Origin: Octopus sinensis
Taxonomy: Eukaryota
Assembly: GCF_006345805.1 (NCBI RefSeq)
Contig: NC_043000.1
Location: 104,036,001-104,100,000, forward strand
Reading direction: 5' to 3'
DNA: 64,000 nt
The position numbers and the translations under genes are program-made. The notes beneath the pieces were generated by a model. That model had not been told where the DNA came from and made no database searches. It worked only from the letters and a program-made list of their open reading frames with translations. Positions within the stretch are counted from its first letter, which is position 1. Each line of letters begins with the position of its first letter. This document shows positions 39,349 through 51,940 of the stretch, piece after piece.

Positions 39349-42300
39349 GTTAGTTATGTGGTTCTTTAGAATATTATTTTTGTTTTTATTTAACCATCCT
39401 GTATTCAGTTTCCACAACAAGACCCCTTCTCATGTACAAATGATTCCCAACTGTGTGTGTGTATGTGAATAGAACTGATAAGAGAAGTGAGGTGAGAGAG
39501 AAAAGAATATAATATTCTTTTACGTGTTTATCATTAGGCTGCAGCCATACTGAGGTCTGGTGTCAGAGGACCTGCCCCTTCTGCCAGATGAAAGCAATAA
39601 AAAAAATGTTTTCTACCTGGGGCTCAGGTCAAACTAACAAGCCCTCTGATGGATCTTGTTAATTTGTTTTTCGTTTTTTGTTGTTTTTTTTCTATACTGC
39701 ATGAATTGGCTGGATACTTATTTAAGATTAAAAGATCTACAACTATCCTGGTATAAGAATTCAACATGCTTTAAGTATAAAATACTATTTTGCTGTTATT
39801 CTTTGACTGGAAGGTTCTAATGCTTATTTCACCATTAGTTTGTAAAAGTATTTTTTACACATGTCAAGAAAAACTGAAATTTGTGAATTCTAAAGATAAA
39901 TCTACTATGAAATCATCTATCTAGGTTTCTGCTTAAGAGTTGAGGATTACTTTAGAAGGAGCATTTAGAGGAGAGGATATAAAAGGATTTCACTATACAT
40001 TACTATTTAGGAAAAAAAAATTAACTATGTATACTGTCACAATGTTTGGTTAAGAAAATAGCTCTGACAAACATGCTTTTTAGCTTTGTAAGTAGCAAGT
40101 TTTTTCAGTAGAAATATTAATGCAATGTATTTTACAAAATAGTTTGCAAAATGTTTATACTGTTTTATCTTTATTGTCATTCTTCACAATTTAAGAATAT
40201 TTATAAATTATATATCAGATGAATGGCTTGGGTCAAAACCCTTTGTGTTGCTTATTAAAAAAGTTAATTGATTTTTTAGCTGGAAATAGCTGGCTGTTAT
40301 CCTTACAATAACTTGACATCAGTGCATAGAAATGAGTTTTGATAATAGACTTTGCCAAGTCTGAAATGTTTCTTTCCTTTTGACTAATAAATGGTTTGAT
40401 TATTTTCTCTGCTTCATGTAGCTTGTACAATCAAGATAAATGAAGCAACTTTAACAGTTCTAGTTGCAATTTACCAATATTCCATATTCCACTCAAGAAG
40501 TCTATGTTATATGTAGTGGAGTTTGTAATCCATGGTGAGAGAGAATACTGGCACTTTAAGCAAGGCTCATTATGAAAGAGAAAGAAAAAAAGTTATCACT
40601 CCAATAAAGGACTTTGCTTGAAACTCTACAACTATTAGGGTTCTCATCTCTCTGTGGCATACAAATTTCACTGAATAGTTTTCTCATACAAACCACCACT
40701 GGTATACTCTTCCTATCCAACATTCTTTGTCAAAGTCTGCTGGAAAATTTTTGTTTTCTTACCTGTAATTTGATGGATAACTTGCTTTAATTTATTTGTA
40801 TCTTGCTTACTACACCTGCAATACTTCTGATGACTACACCATACTTTTTAACTACATTCATTTTATTAGGGTGTTTAACCATATCATGTGTACGTTTATC
40901 ATAAGCCAAGTAAGTTATTACTTTTGTAAATATCCAAAATATTCTCATCATATTCTACTGATACTTTAGCCAACTTAAAAAATTTGGCTAACCTACAATT
41001 AAGCTAAAACCAATGTAATGAATAGACAGAAATCTTTAAACTTTATAGTCTAAACGATTTTAACATTATATAGTTTTATTTTTTTTATCTTGCCATTCAT
41101 TCATTTCATACCTCTGGAATTAATGAAATATCTATCAGTTGTCTTCTGGGGATATATTCAGGTAGCAGTATCTCTCCTAACCCTTGCTAATTTGTGACTT
41201 TGTGGCAGTGTTAGAAATCCAATCATTACCATTATTTATCAGCTAGTACTTGTATTTGCATTAGGTATGATGACAGATGCACCACATATCCTATTCTACT
41301 AAAACTCATCTAAAATATGGTATACATTATTGTAAAATCTTTCTAGAAGTCTGTTCCAAGATAGTAGTTTACTGGTGTTTATCGATAATCTGTGAATTAC
41401 ATCTATATTGTCATAATCCATGAATGTAGCTTTCCTTGTTTAGTCATAATCCCTGAATGAATATTTCCATCTTTAGTAATGATTTATGAGTAAAAATTTC
41501 TGTTTGAGATAATCTATGAAAGAAGATGTCTATGTTTAGTCATAATCAATGAGTGTAGGTTTCTATGTTTAGTTATAACCCATAAATGACAATTCCTATG
41601 TTTTCACATATGTGGAATGGAAACAGATAAGTGGATAAAGCAACAGACTTAGATTATTATTTCATTATCTCTCTGAAGGTGTTTTGATCTGACCCTTAAG
41701 ATTAGTTTACTACGATTGAACAAGCTGGAGAATATCTGTTGGAACTACTAGAAAAATCTACCTGTAATAGACTAGTTTCTTCTAATTTGGGTTATATTTT
41801 TTCTTTCTTACTTAGTATGACAGGAATTAAAGCTAAGTGCTATCCAGGTTAACTGCTGTGGTTTTTAACTGATAAGAGTGAGATTATGGCACCAGAAAGA
41901 TTGTTACAAGTTTTGAAGTTCAACAAACTCAGTCACTTACACATAGTATAAGTATTTGAAGAATGATAATTGAAAATTTTTGTTTCCAGCACACATTTGC
42001 TCTTTCCTATAAAACTTTTGCTGACCTACTTTCTGATGGACATTTTTAATAAGTTCCCCAGCATTTAGATATTTTTCAACATTGGGAAATGTCATATTTT
42101 CATATTACTTTATTTTTTTATTTTTTGTGTTTCATTACAAAACATGAAAAAAATAAATTAAAAGCAAACAATAACTTGCAGGAAAGACCAACAATTCCTG
42201 TGTTTCATGCTGCATGTGACATTTTCCTTTTGGCAAAAAGTTGCAACTCAACACATAGAGGGAATGTTACAATCAAGTATTTAATTTGCTTTGCGTACAA

Positions 42301-43044
42301 AAAAAAAAAAAAGCAATTGTTTGGTATTGATTTACAGAGTTACTACTTTTGTTTTAATTAACAAATTACTAATTAAAGAGGAAAAAAAAATACTATTAAA
42401 AAGTAACACTTTGAAGAACAAAAACAAAATGCTGTCAAGTGTTTGCTGATATCTTTTCTCATGTTAAAAAATTTCTAATTTATTTCTGTGGCTCTGAAAT
42501 GTTGTTTAATAGATTTTATTGACACTACAGCACATAGTTATTATCTTTCAGAGGACAACACCACTCTAAGTGGCTAAATGGTTGGGTTTCCAGTCTACTA
42601 AATTAAAGCTGAAATGATCAAAATGATTATGTGTAATATTTTGTTCTCTTTAGACAAATCTTATTGTTCTGGTTACTTAACTGAAAGAGAGTCTCCTCTT
42701 TGATCCTGCATTCAAATATCTATGTAGTTATTTAGTCCAATTTTGGTCTTGATTTAGCAGACTCATGGTCAAAAACATTCCAGCTATGACTATTCCATTT
42801 CATTTTTCAGGCATTGTGAACCCCAGACTGCATAATTCAATGTGGTTTCTCTCTTTTTCTATTTTTGAGATGGTAATGTTTGATTTCAGGCAGATTTAGA
42901 GCTGCTATTTCTAGCAAAACGAGCACCCACATAGAAACTTCCTCTTTGGCTAATATAAAATTATCTATGATCTGCCTAATTTAGGAGATACTTATTCAAT
43001 TTTTTAATAACATAATAATGAAATTATTGTGTATAGTGCTCAGG

Positions 43045-43600
43045 TGCACTACAACCCATCAAAAGTGCATGTATAGTACATAGAATTATGTACAAAAGTC
43101 AGGAAAGTGAACATTGTATAAGTCATGATGCACATGTGTACGGAGCAGGGGATATCAGGTGTAGTGTTGGTGAATTTCAGGAAGCATGGAGGTTTTAAAG
43201 GATACAATGTCTCAGCAACTAACAACTGATGCAGGTAGCTTGTTCCATGCTTCAGAAACTCTGAGTGTGAAAAAATGTTTCCAAAAGTCATGGGTGCTGT
43301 TCTGTTTTTTGACTTTGTAGGTGTTGAAGGTGGTTGTTGGCATGATGATTAATAATTATGTGGGTGTTTACCAAGTCATTTGCCAGATGTTGGAATGTCA
43401 ATGTATCTATGGCCAGGGAAGGAAGGCATTCAGAGTATGGTACATGCCTGATGGAGGGTATTCACTTGGTTGCATGTCTCTGAACAGTTTCCAGGAGGTC
43501 AATGTCCTGAACAAAATAGGCGTTCCAGACTGGTGATGCAAATTCCAAGTGTGACTGCACCATAGCCATATACAGCCTTAAATAGATAGCTGAAGAGCAG
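43045..43600 (-). mobile_element. CR1-type LINE ORF2 3' remnant
   Basis: Minus strand LYMAMVQSHLEFASPVWNAYFVQDIDLLETVQRHATK*IPSIRHVPYSE.L...KHFFTLRVSEAWNKLPASVV, matching the LY...VRPHLEYA..VW.P...DI..LE.VQRRATK and FF..RV...WN.LP..VV motifs of CR1. Confidence 0.85.
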
Positions 43601-44384
43601 AACTAATATCACACATCCTCATATTTTTACAATAATGTTTCAGCTTTGAATTTTAGAACAGAATGATCTCAATAGATGTAGAATGATCATGGCAATAAAA
43701 TTACTCAAATGACTTAAGTTTGAACCTAAACCAAAATGCAACAACCAATTGACTCCAAAACTCCTAGTACTTTATATCAATTAAATTGTTAGCATTGGGA
43801 TAAAAATACAGATCTGAAACACTTGCTTTAGCAATTTATAAAACTTGAAAATTTGCAAAATAAAACCTAAAGCCTATGTTACCAAGTAGAGGGTGATCAG
43901 TGTAAAAATACTTTCTTTAAAAAAAATATCAGCTATTTAGATAGTTTGAGATATTGAGAGTTGAACTGGTTGGTTACCGTGTAACCTACAGAGGTCAGTG
44001 ATTTATGTTACTATCACTGTTATCTTTGATCAACATACTTAACTCTCAACAGCTGATTCTACCTCTAAGTGGGTACCACAGGTAGCATAATTCACTGCTA
44101 TATGTAATAGCAGCAGCAGCAGCAGCAATATTATGGTAATGGTAAGTAATGCATTAGCTTGCAGTGCTGAGTGTAATTACTACTATATGAAAAGTTACCT
44201 GCATCTGTGATAAACTTGTGTTCTTATCTACGAGAAAATTGTTTCCAGTTGTGTAACAGTACAATGACCTGCTAACTATCCTATCACTTACCTGTTAAAT
44301 GCCTAATAAATCAAAACTAGTGATACACTAATTTTCTTCACTGTTCTATTCGTTATACACAATAAATTCCAAGATATATTTTAC

Positions 44385-44830
44385 TGATGCTCTAGGATGT
44401 ATCAACTAGGATGTTCTTGGGCTTGTAGTGTCTTCTAACATCAGTCCCTCTCACCCAGTTGACCTAACCAGGATTGATCTAGTCCCAACTTGAATCCTAA
44501 CAGTAATAAGTCATAACTCTGCTCACTTTATCCAAAGCTATCTAGTAACTTTTTCTGTAATTTCTGCAATGGAATGTATACCCCCAACCACCTCATTGCA
44601 GCACTTCAAATGTACTTAGAGTTTTGCAGAATGACTTCCCCACAAAACACTGGCAACCTACTTGGCTTCTGCACTGCTCTACAAGCTTCTGCAAGCTTTT
44701 TCTCATGAGTTTCTTCTGTATTCTTCCTAGGACATAGTCAGTTTTTACATGATTGGTGGAATCTGAGAAGATGACCAGGCAGCATGTCATTGATATGATG
44801 TGCTCCTAGAACTTGGATTGCTTAGCAATA
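44385..44830 (-). mobile_element. Second, older HERO-like REL retrotransposon remnant
   Basis: Fragments LVIFSDSTNHV, TMS*EE..EETHEKK, LVEQCRSQ..VGCQCFVGKSFCKTL and IAEITEKVTR*LWIK. The 3' UTR-like gatcaatcctggttaggtcaactgggtgagagggactgatgtt resembles that at 33.3 kb. Heavily frameshifted. Confidence 0.6.
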
Positions 44831-45555
44831 TTTTCTGCCAGTTTCCACACCAGAGATGTGGAAAGTGGCTATAGTCACATTGTCGTTTCATTGACTACTA
44901 GTCATCTATTCAGTACCAATAAACCAAAACTAGTGATAGACTTTGTAACTTAGCTATACTTATCTTTTATCTTTTACTTGTTTTAGTCACTTGACTGAGG
45001 CCATACTGAGACACCACCTTGAATGACTTTAGTCAAACAAATTGACCCCAAGACTTTTTTTAAGCCTAATTCTTATTCTATCAGTCTTTTTTGCTGAACT
45101 ACTTAGTTACATACAATGAATTTGTTAGGTAGCCACATTTATTGCAATATTGTAGTAACAGTTGTATCATTTCTACATAAGCTGAATAGATGTGTTTAAG
45201 AGGTTTGCTTACAACTACATGGTTTTAGATTCTATTCCACTGCATGCCACCTTGGAAAGGTATTTTCTATCCTAGCCTCTGGTTAGCCAGAGCTTTGTGA
45301 AGGGAAAGTGAATGAAGGAAACTGTGTGGAAACCCATTGGAAGGACCTTCATATTCTTGGGAGATAGGCTTAAGCTGTCAGCATGTGTTATACCACTACC
45401 TTGGTTACATTTAGTGAATCAACTATATTGCAAGTATTTGAATCTGGCCTCTTGTCTGAGAATAACTTTTCTCTTACTTCTACCAGTCATGGTCACTCTG
45501 AAAATAATTATAGTATTTGTCCTTTCTCTTCTCACTAGACCATTAAAAAAATAAT

Positions 45556-45918
45556 ATAGGCACAAGTGTGGATGTGTGGTAAGAAGTTTGCTTCTCGACC
45601 ACATGGTTCCAAGGTCAGTCCCACTGCATGGCACCTTGGACAAGTGTTGTCTACTACAGTCCCAGGTTGACCAAAGCCTTGTGAATGTATTTGGTAAATG
45701 GAAACTGAAAGAATCCCAGCCTGTATACATAAAGGTGTGTGTGTCTTTGTGTTTGTTCACCATCTCTGTAACTTAGCAGTTTGGCAAAAAGAAACTGATA
45801 GCATAAGTACCAGACTTTAAAAAAAAAGTACTAGGAACAGTTTGGTTGACTAAACCCTTCAAGGCAGTACATCAGCATGGCTGCAGTCCAATGACTGAAA
45901 CAAGTAAAAGATAAAAGA
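45556..45918 (+). mobile_element. Family B tRNA-derived SINE
   Basis: gtgtggtaagaagtttgcttctcgaccacatggttccaaggtcagtcccactgcatggcaccttggacaagtg...cagcatggctgcagtccaatgactgaaacaagtaaaag. Confidence 0.85.
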
Positions 45919-48130
45919 TGTATAGAATATAAGTTATAACCCCTGAGATTTTTGTGATTTAGAAAACAATTACAAATATCAATGAAGTGAACTGAGTCAC
46001 TGACTCAAAAATATTTTGGAGATATTTTAGTTCTTTTAAGATATCAGCCATATATTACAGTTAAATTTTATATTAGAGTTCTGAAACAGGTCATCATAAT
46101 CTAAAGAAATGTCCCTAATAATGCAATATTTGACTAATTTGTTTTAATGCATCTTTCAGTTTTTTAATATTTTTTTTATAGATTATTTCAGCTCTCCCCA
46201 CCGTCGTTTGAAAAATCATTTAAACACATGTATAAAGATCTGGTTTCCATTACCAATGATTATCTCATGTCATTAAATCAATATTTTATATCAATGAGAG
46301 AGCCTCTACAAGGTCACTCGACCTCCTAGAAACAACAGTTCATAAAGAAAGATACATTGAAACATTGAGCAATGATACACAAAAATACATGTTGGTCATC
46401 GATGAATGACTTTCATCATAGGTCTACTGGAACAGGGCTGACTTGGAGTTGAACAACAGCAACATGCCTTTGTTTACGTGGATTTGTGACTGTTGTTTAA
46501 ATTCATTTAATGTACAAGTGGATATGACTTAGCAAGTAAGGTATCAAATTACCAATTCTTAAGTTGTGAGTTTAATTCCATTTGCAGTCAAGTTGTGTGT
46601 TTTAGCAATTGTAAACATATCAGTTTATAGTGTCGGATGACTTATTGTGGCTGTCACTTTATTTAGCTGTTGAGATTATTTGCTGATGGTATGTGCAGTT
46701 AGCTGGCATCCTATTCACTCACATAGTTTAGTTAATATTAAGATATTTGTTACTATGAATGTCTAAAAGCTATTGAACCTACTTTTGTAGTAAGATATTA
46801 AACTAATATTAGTTTTGATTATTTCAACAAGTGCAGCAGACAACTCTGGATATGTTTCAGTTTTATTGAATCTCTTCAGATATAGATTTATCCCTCATTT
46901 ACTTAAAGCTGTGAAGAAGCAGCCTTTGAGAATTGTTGTTGTTTAGTCCAAGATCAGATAATAATTTGGTCAGAGGTGTATTCACTGATGATTGAATACA
47001 CCTATGACCAAAGACTTTCTGGCCATGACCAATGTATCCTATTCTCAGGAATGTTGTATCTAGGACTACATAATTCAAGGTTTCCTTCACTTTCTAATGC
47101 AATTGTAATTAGTAGGAGATTTGATTGTTATTTCTAGCAGGTTGAACAGCCACATAAATACTACCAAGTTTCCTATTTTTTTTAACAAGGAATGTTCTAA
47201 AAGTATTTTTATTGTTTGCATGGTTCAGTTAATAGGGTTATTCATAGAATGTTTTGGCTATAAATTATCAGTTGCAAAATGAAAAAGAAGTTACTTAATT
47301 TGCATTTTTGGTTAGCTATTTGCTGGTATATGAGAGTATGAATTATTACTGGTATCTCATCTCTATTGTAATAAGTCTTTTACTTCTCATCTTGTTTGCT
47401 ATGTTCCACTACTTCTTGTAATGATCAGCTTCCCTTCTGAAACTGCATGCATCTCTATATTCAACTTCTCATTTCAAGCACTATTGCTGTATAGAACACC
47501 CCACACACTTCCTTTCATGTATTCCAATGATAGATAGACTCACACTGAAACACAACATTAACTATATAAATTTCACTCAACCATAGCACAGAGATTCCCA
47601 TGAGCTAAGAGTAATATCCATCTTCATTGTATGCAACAATAAACAAAATTAAAAACCATAATCTCTATTTAGATAAATGTTATGATTGTTCTTAGAACAG
47701 ATATACTGAGTAACAAATACAAACTGGAGTAAGACCCTTAAACATATGGTATGAATTATTTTGCTTGATGTTATGATAATACCTGTCAGTAGAAGTGGTC
47801 CTTCTAAAATGAATTGATATGAAAGAAGATACCTCTTTCCTTTAGATTTCTGAAATTCTTCCAGAGTTTGTAAGCATTTAAAATTGTAATAATTCACTAG
47901 TAATATCAAGTCACTCTTAATTCATCTTCCTGTCCTAATAGTTCCTGTATTTTATTTATTTTTCTTCTCCTGTAAACATATCTACCATTTTAGTATAAAG
48001 TGGTATAAGCACTTTCAGTTAAGCATTAAAGATTTGATTTATAGACGCTACCTTGTAGACAGCTCTCTCAACTCTGACGTATTGAAGATACTATTGAAAT
48101 ATGGGATCTTCAAATTCCAGTTTTTGTATT

Positions 48131-48743
48131 CATCATCATCATCATCATCATTTAACGTCCGCTTTCCATGCTAGCATGGGTTGGACGGTTCAACTGGGGT
48201 CTGGGGAGCTCGAAAGCTGCACCAGTCCAGTCAGATCTGGCAGTGTTTCTACAGCTGGATGCCCTTCCTAACGCCAACCACTCCGAGAGTGTAGTGGGTG
48301 ATTTTATGTGCCACCGACACAGGTGCCAGACGAGGCTGGCAAACGGCCACGCTCGGATGGTGTTTTTTATGTGCCACCAACACAGGTGCCAGACGAGGCT
48401 GGCAGACGGCCACGCTCGGATGGTGTTTTTATGTGCCACCGACACAGGTGCCAGATGAGGCTGGCAAACGGCCACGATTGGATGGTGCTTGTTACGTGCC
48501 CACAGCACGGAGGCCAGTCGATGCGGTACTGGCTACGGCCACGTTCGGATGGTTTTATTGTGTGCCACGTGCCACCGGCACTGGTACCACAAAGATACAA
48601 ATTCCATTGATGTTCATCTATTTTGATTTGATTTTCACTTGCCTCAACAGGTCTTCACAAGTGTCACAAGAAGGAAGGTATGCACAGGTGGACTGACTAC
48701 GTCCCAGGTAGGGGCCATGGGTTATGGCCTGACTAGTCTTGCC
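48131..48743 (-). mobile_element. Young RTE-type LINE 3' UTR copy with three ~60 bp internal repeats
   Basis: (cat)n tail at 48131, CpG-rich body, repeats gtgccaccgacacaggtgccagacgaggctggc...cggatggtg. Near reverse complement of 55706-56303. Confidence 0.9.
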
Positions 48744-49600
48744 ATTATTCCAGTCAGAATAATACATATAGCAGAATGGCTTTTAGTCAGAACTATTTAT
48801 CAATGATACTATAGTAATTGAGGTCTAATTATTAACAATGACAATGATGATAGTTAGAAGATCATTTTTTTCTTACATAGGCATTAAACCTTGGTTTTAT
48901 TCATATTGGAGCAGGGTGAAAAAAAATTGTTTGTTTAATACATTTCTCAAGTGTATTAGCCATGTAAATATAAAGAGAAAATAAAAATAAGGTCACCAAC
49001 TTTTGTTTGTTAAGAATATAACACTACATATAATAATAATAATAATAATGACCATGATGATGATGACAATATCAGATCAGTCTTTTTCATGATGATGTTG
49101 ATTCTGTTTTGTAGCTTTGCTATAAGATTGAGATTAGTTAATAAAATTCACTCAGAAATAAGAAGGAAAACTTGCTTTTTTCTTGAAGAGTTTAATCTGT
49201 TCTTAATAGCTTCATCTTCATTGCCTATATATTTAGATTGGAATAAAAAATATCAACATCATACTTTTAACATGCACTTTTTCATGCTTGCATGGGTCTG
49301 ACAGAATTTGTTGTGGCAGGTTTTTTATGGCCAGATAAATGATGCTTGTTGCATGAATATGTGTATGCATTATGTGTGTAGTTGTGTGTATGTGTTGCTG
49401 TCCCTCTGCCTCAACAAGCATATTTCAGTTTCTGTCTACAAAATTCCACCCACAAGACTTTGGTTAGCTCTGGGTTGTAGTAGAAGACATTTGCCCAGGA
49501 TGCTACACAGTGGGACTGACCCCAAAACCATGTGGTTGGGAAGTAAACTTCTTACCACATAGCCATGCTTATATACATATATGCATGCATGCATGTATGT

Positions 49601-50966
49601 AAAATAGAAGTTGAAAATGCACTGAGAATAGTTAAAATATCTTTTATTAATATGTTTAAAGCTTTAACCAGTTTCACAGTTTACACTGATTTTCAAGAGG
49701 TTCAAATAGAAAGACGTTGCAGCTGTTTTGCTTCTGACTAGTGTTTGAAGCTTACCATATTTTAATAGGGAGATCATGGGTAAAATTAGTATATGTTTTG
49801 AATAGGATTTGATTGGTAGAGGATAGTCACATGACTGGTCTTAGAAATTTTTGTAGGTTCCCTGCTATGGCCATGTGTTAGTATCAAGTGACAATGTTTG
49901 GCATGGTAAGTTAAGGCTGACATGGTTGAATGAACATGTCCAAACAATCAATGCTCTGAATGCTTTCTGTCAATTATTTATAGAGAATGAACACATGATT
50001 AAGTTTATAATCATGTGCATTAGTGCATGTGCATTAGTGTCATGTGACAGTATATTTTGCACCTAAAAAGAAGGGCGTCACAGATGAGTGAATATGTTTA
50101 GTTATAATCAGGGCAGTCCAAATTTAATCTATCTGGTGACTTTTGTAAGTAGTCCAGAGGCTAAAGTTTAGGTTGTTAGCTGTGGAGCTTCCTCATGATA
50201 AATGGCAGAATAAATTTAGTGCGAATAGTTATTTTTGTATGTACTCTGTTAAAGTCTTGGTTTGTACTTTTGTTTTCTTACAAAAATACTTATCTGTGCT
50301 TCGTCTGTAGTATTTGCTGAACATAGAGTGGGAAGACCTGGAATTTGGGTAACTTACTTTTTGCACATATGTCTATGTGTCCACTCAGTGGAATCTGTCT
50401 AGTACTGGGGTCTTGTATTTGTTGTCAGTGAATGGTCAGTTCTGATGGATAATATTGTAAACTTCTATTTGCTTGTAAATATTACCATCAAAGTTAAATA
50501 GGTTGTTTTCAAGGATAAACTTTAATTAGCGGAAACATACAAAAGGTTATAAACTTAATCATGCGTTCGTTCTCTATAAATACATGACAGAAAACATTCA
50601 GAGCATTGATTGTATGGACATGTTCAGTCAACTATGTCAGCCTTAACTTATGATGCAAAACATTGTCACTTGATACTGACACATGGACATAGCGGGGGAA
50701 CCTATAAAAATTTCTAAGACCAATCATGTGACTATCCTCTACCAATCAAATCCTATTCAAAATATATACTAATTTAAGCCATGAAATCCCTATAAAAATA
50801 GGGCAAGCTTCAAACACAAGTCAGAAGCAAGACAGCCGTGACATTAGCTACGTCTTTCTGCTTGAACCTTTTGAAAATCAGTGTAAACTATGAAACCAGT
50901 TAAAGCTTTAAATATATTAATAAAAAATATTTTAACTATCCTCAGTGCACTTTCAGCTTCTATTTT
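49601..50966 (-). mobile_element. Non-autonomous Penelope-like element with inverted terminal repeats (arms 49601-50010 and 50547-50966) and an internal RT remnant
   Basis: The arms are reverse complements (about 85-90% by eye, mostly transitions). The spacer encodes, on the minus strand, LKFILENNLFNFDGNIYKQIE (50460-50525), the PLE RT motif that precedes GTAMG. Each arm carries a hammerhead-like motif upstream of AATAAA. Confidence 0.8.
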
Positions 50967-51039
50967 TCCCATATTTCTACCTGTGTAGAATAAAATAACT
51001 TTGTTTTCTATATGTATATATGTATGTATATATAATAAA

Positions 51040-51272
51040 TATTAGGGAATAAATCCAAATTTACAGGGAAAAATCAGATTTAGGATTAAATCGATTTTAT
51101 AGTAAAATATTATAAAATATTATTAGAGACAAAACCACTATTTTGCAAAACAAACAAGGAAAGACTTAATCAATACATAAAATTTTAATAAATAATTAAA
51201 ATTTTATGTATTGATTAAGTCTTTCCTTGTTTGTTTTGCAAAATAGTGGTTTTGTCTCTAATAATATTTTAT
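51040..51272. repeat. Perfect 78 bp inverted repeat (51112-51189 and 51195-51272, 5 nt loop) in an AT-rich element between TA arrays
   Basis: The two arms are exact reverse complements base by base; loop aaata. Confidence 0.9.
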
Positions 51273-51273
51273 G

Positions 51274-51327
<54 letters not shown>

Positions 51328-51333
51328 CATACA

Positions 51334-51365
<32 letters not shown>

Positions 51366-51405
51366 CATACATACATATACATACATACATATATATACAT
51401 ACATA

Positions 51406-51457
<52 letters not shown>

Positions 51458-51510
51458 CACATATATACATATATATATAATCTATACTCACACACACACA
51501 TATATATATA
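51273..51510. repeat. Compound (TA)n/(TACA)n/(CA)n microsatellite
   Basis: Direct reading. Confidence 0.95.
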
Positions 51511-51794
51511 TCAGTGGCATAAGTTGGTTGTTGTCATTGGGTGTGCTGCCACTCTGTCCATACTATGACTAATATTAGTATTACTCAAATTAGGCTTATA
51601 AGCTGTGTTTCTTTACTCAGAGTATGGGATCCAAAATGTAAATAATGGAAACTTAATTCAATTGTGATACAGATATATGACACTAAACTGAATTAATAAT
51701 TCCCTATAAATTGTAAGCATTCTAAAATATACCATAATTTTCTAATATACACACACTGAAAAATCAGAAATTATATAAATTTATTTAAATTACG

Positions 51795-51940
51795 AAGGTT
51801 GGTTCGCTGGTGTAGAAGTAACACACTTGGTCACATTTACAAAGGGATGTGGGTTCGACTCCCACATGGATAGAAAAGTCTTCTTTTTAATGGCAGTGCC
51901 CCAGCATGGCCACAGCTCGTGAGCTGAAACTAGATAAAAT
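51795..51940 (+). mobile_element. Short tRNA-derived SINE-like element
   Basis: D arm gtgt-agaagta-acac and T arm gtggg-ttcgact-cccac are intact; anticodon and acceptor stems are broken. It continues into ggcagtgccccagcatggccacag...ctgaaac, the family B 3' tail. Confidence 0.6.

Noticed and set aside
41405-41605. Degenerate ~34 bp tandem repeat (tttagtcataatc...) that superficially resembles a repeat-spacer array; also a 39 bp tandem at 54839-54905
   Set aside because: The units are contiguous and diverged with no unique spacers: ordinary old minisatellites, not CRISPR-like.
46835-46885. Hammerhead-like CTGAAGA-gattcaataaaact-GAAA-catatc on the minus strand
   Set aside because: Stem I cannot form and stem II is poor. 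It may be a very old remnant but cannot be supported.
48152-48696. Multiple 77-132 aa ORFs in GC-rich repeats, also 55188-56299, 10254-10538 and 36373-36642
   Set aside because: They lie within RTE 3' UTR repeats on both strands and in all frames; a product of GC content and internal repeats.
51800-51870. Possible functional tRNA gene
   Set aside because: The anticodon stem is mismatched with a 9 nt loop, the acceptor stem is broken and there is no poly-T terminator. Treated as a SINE head.
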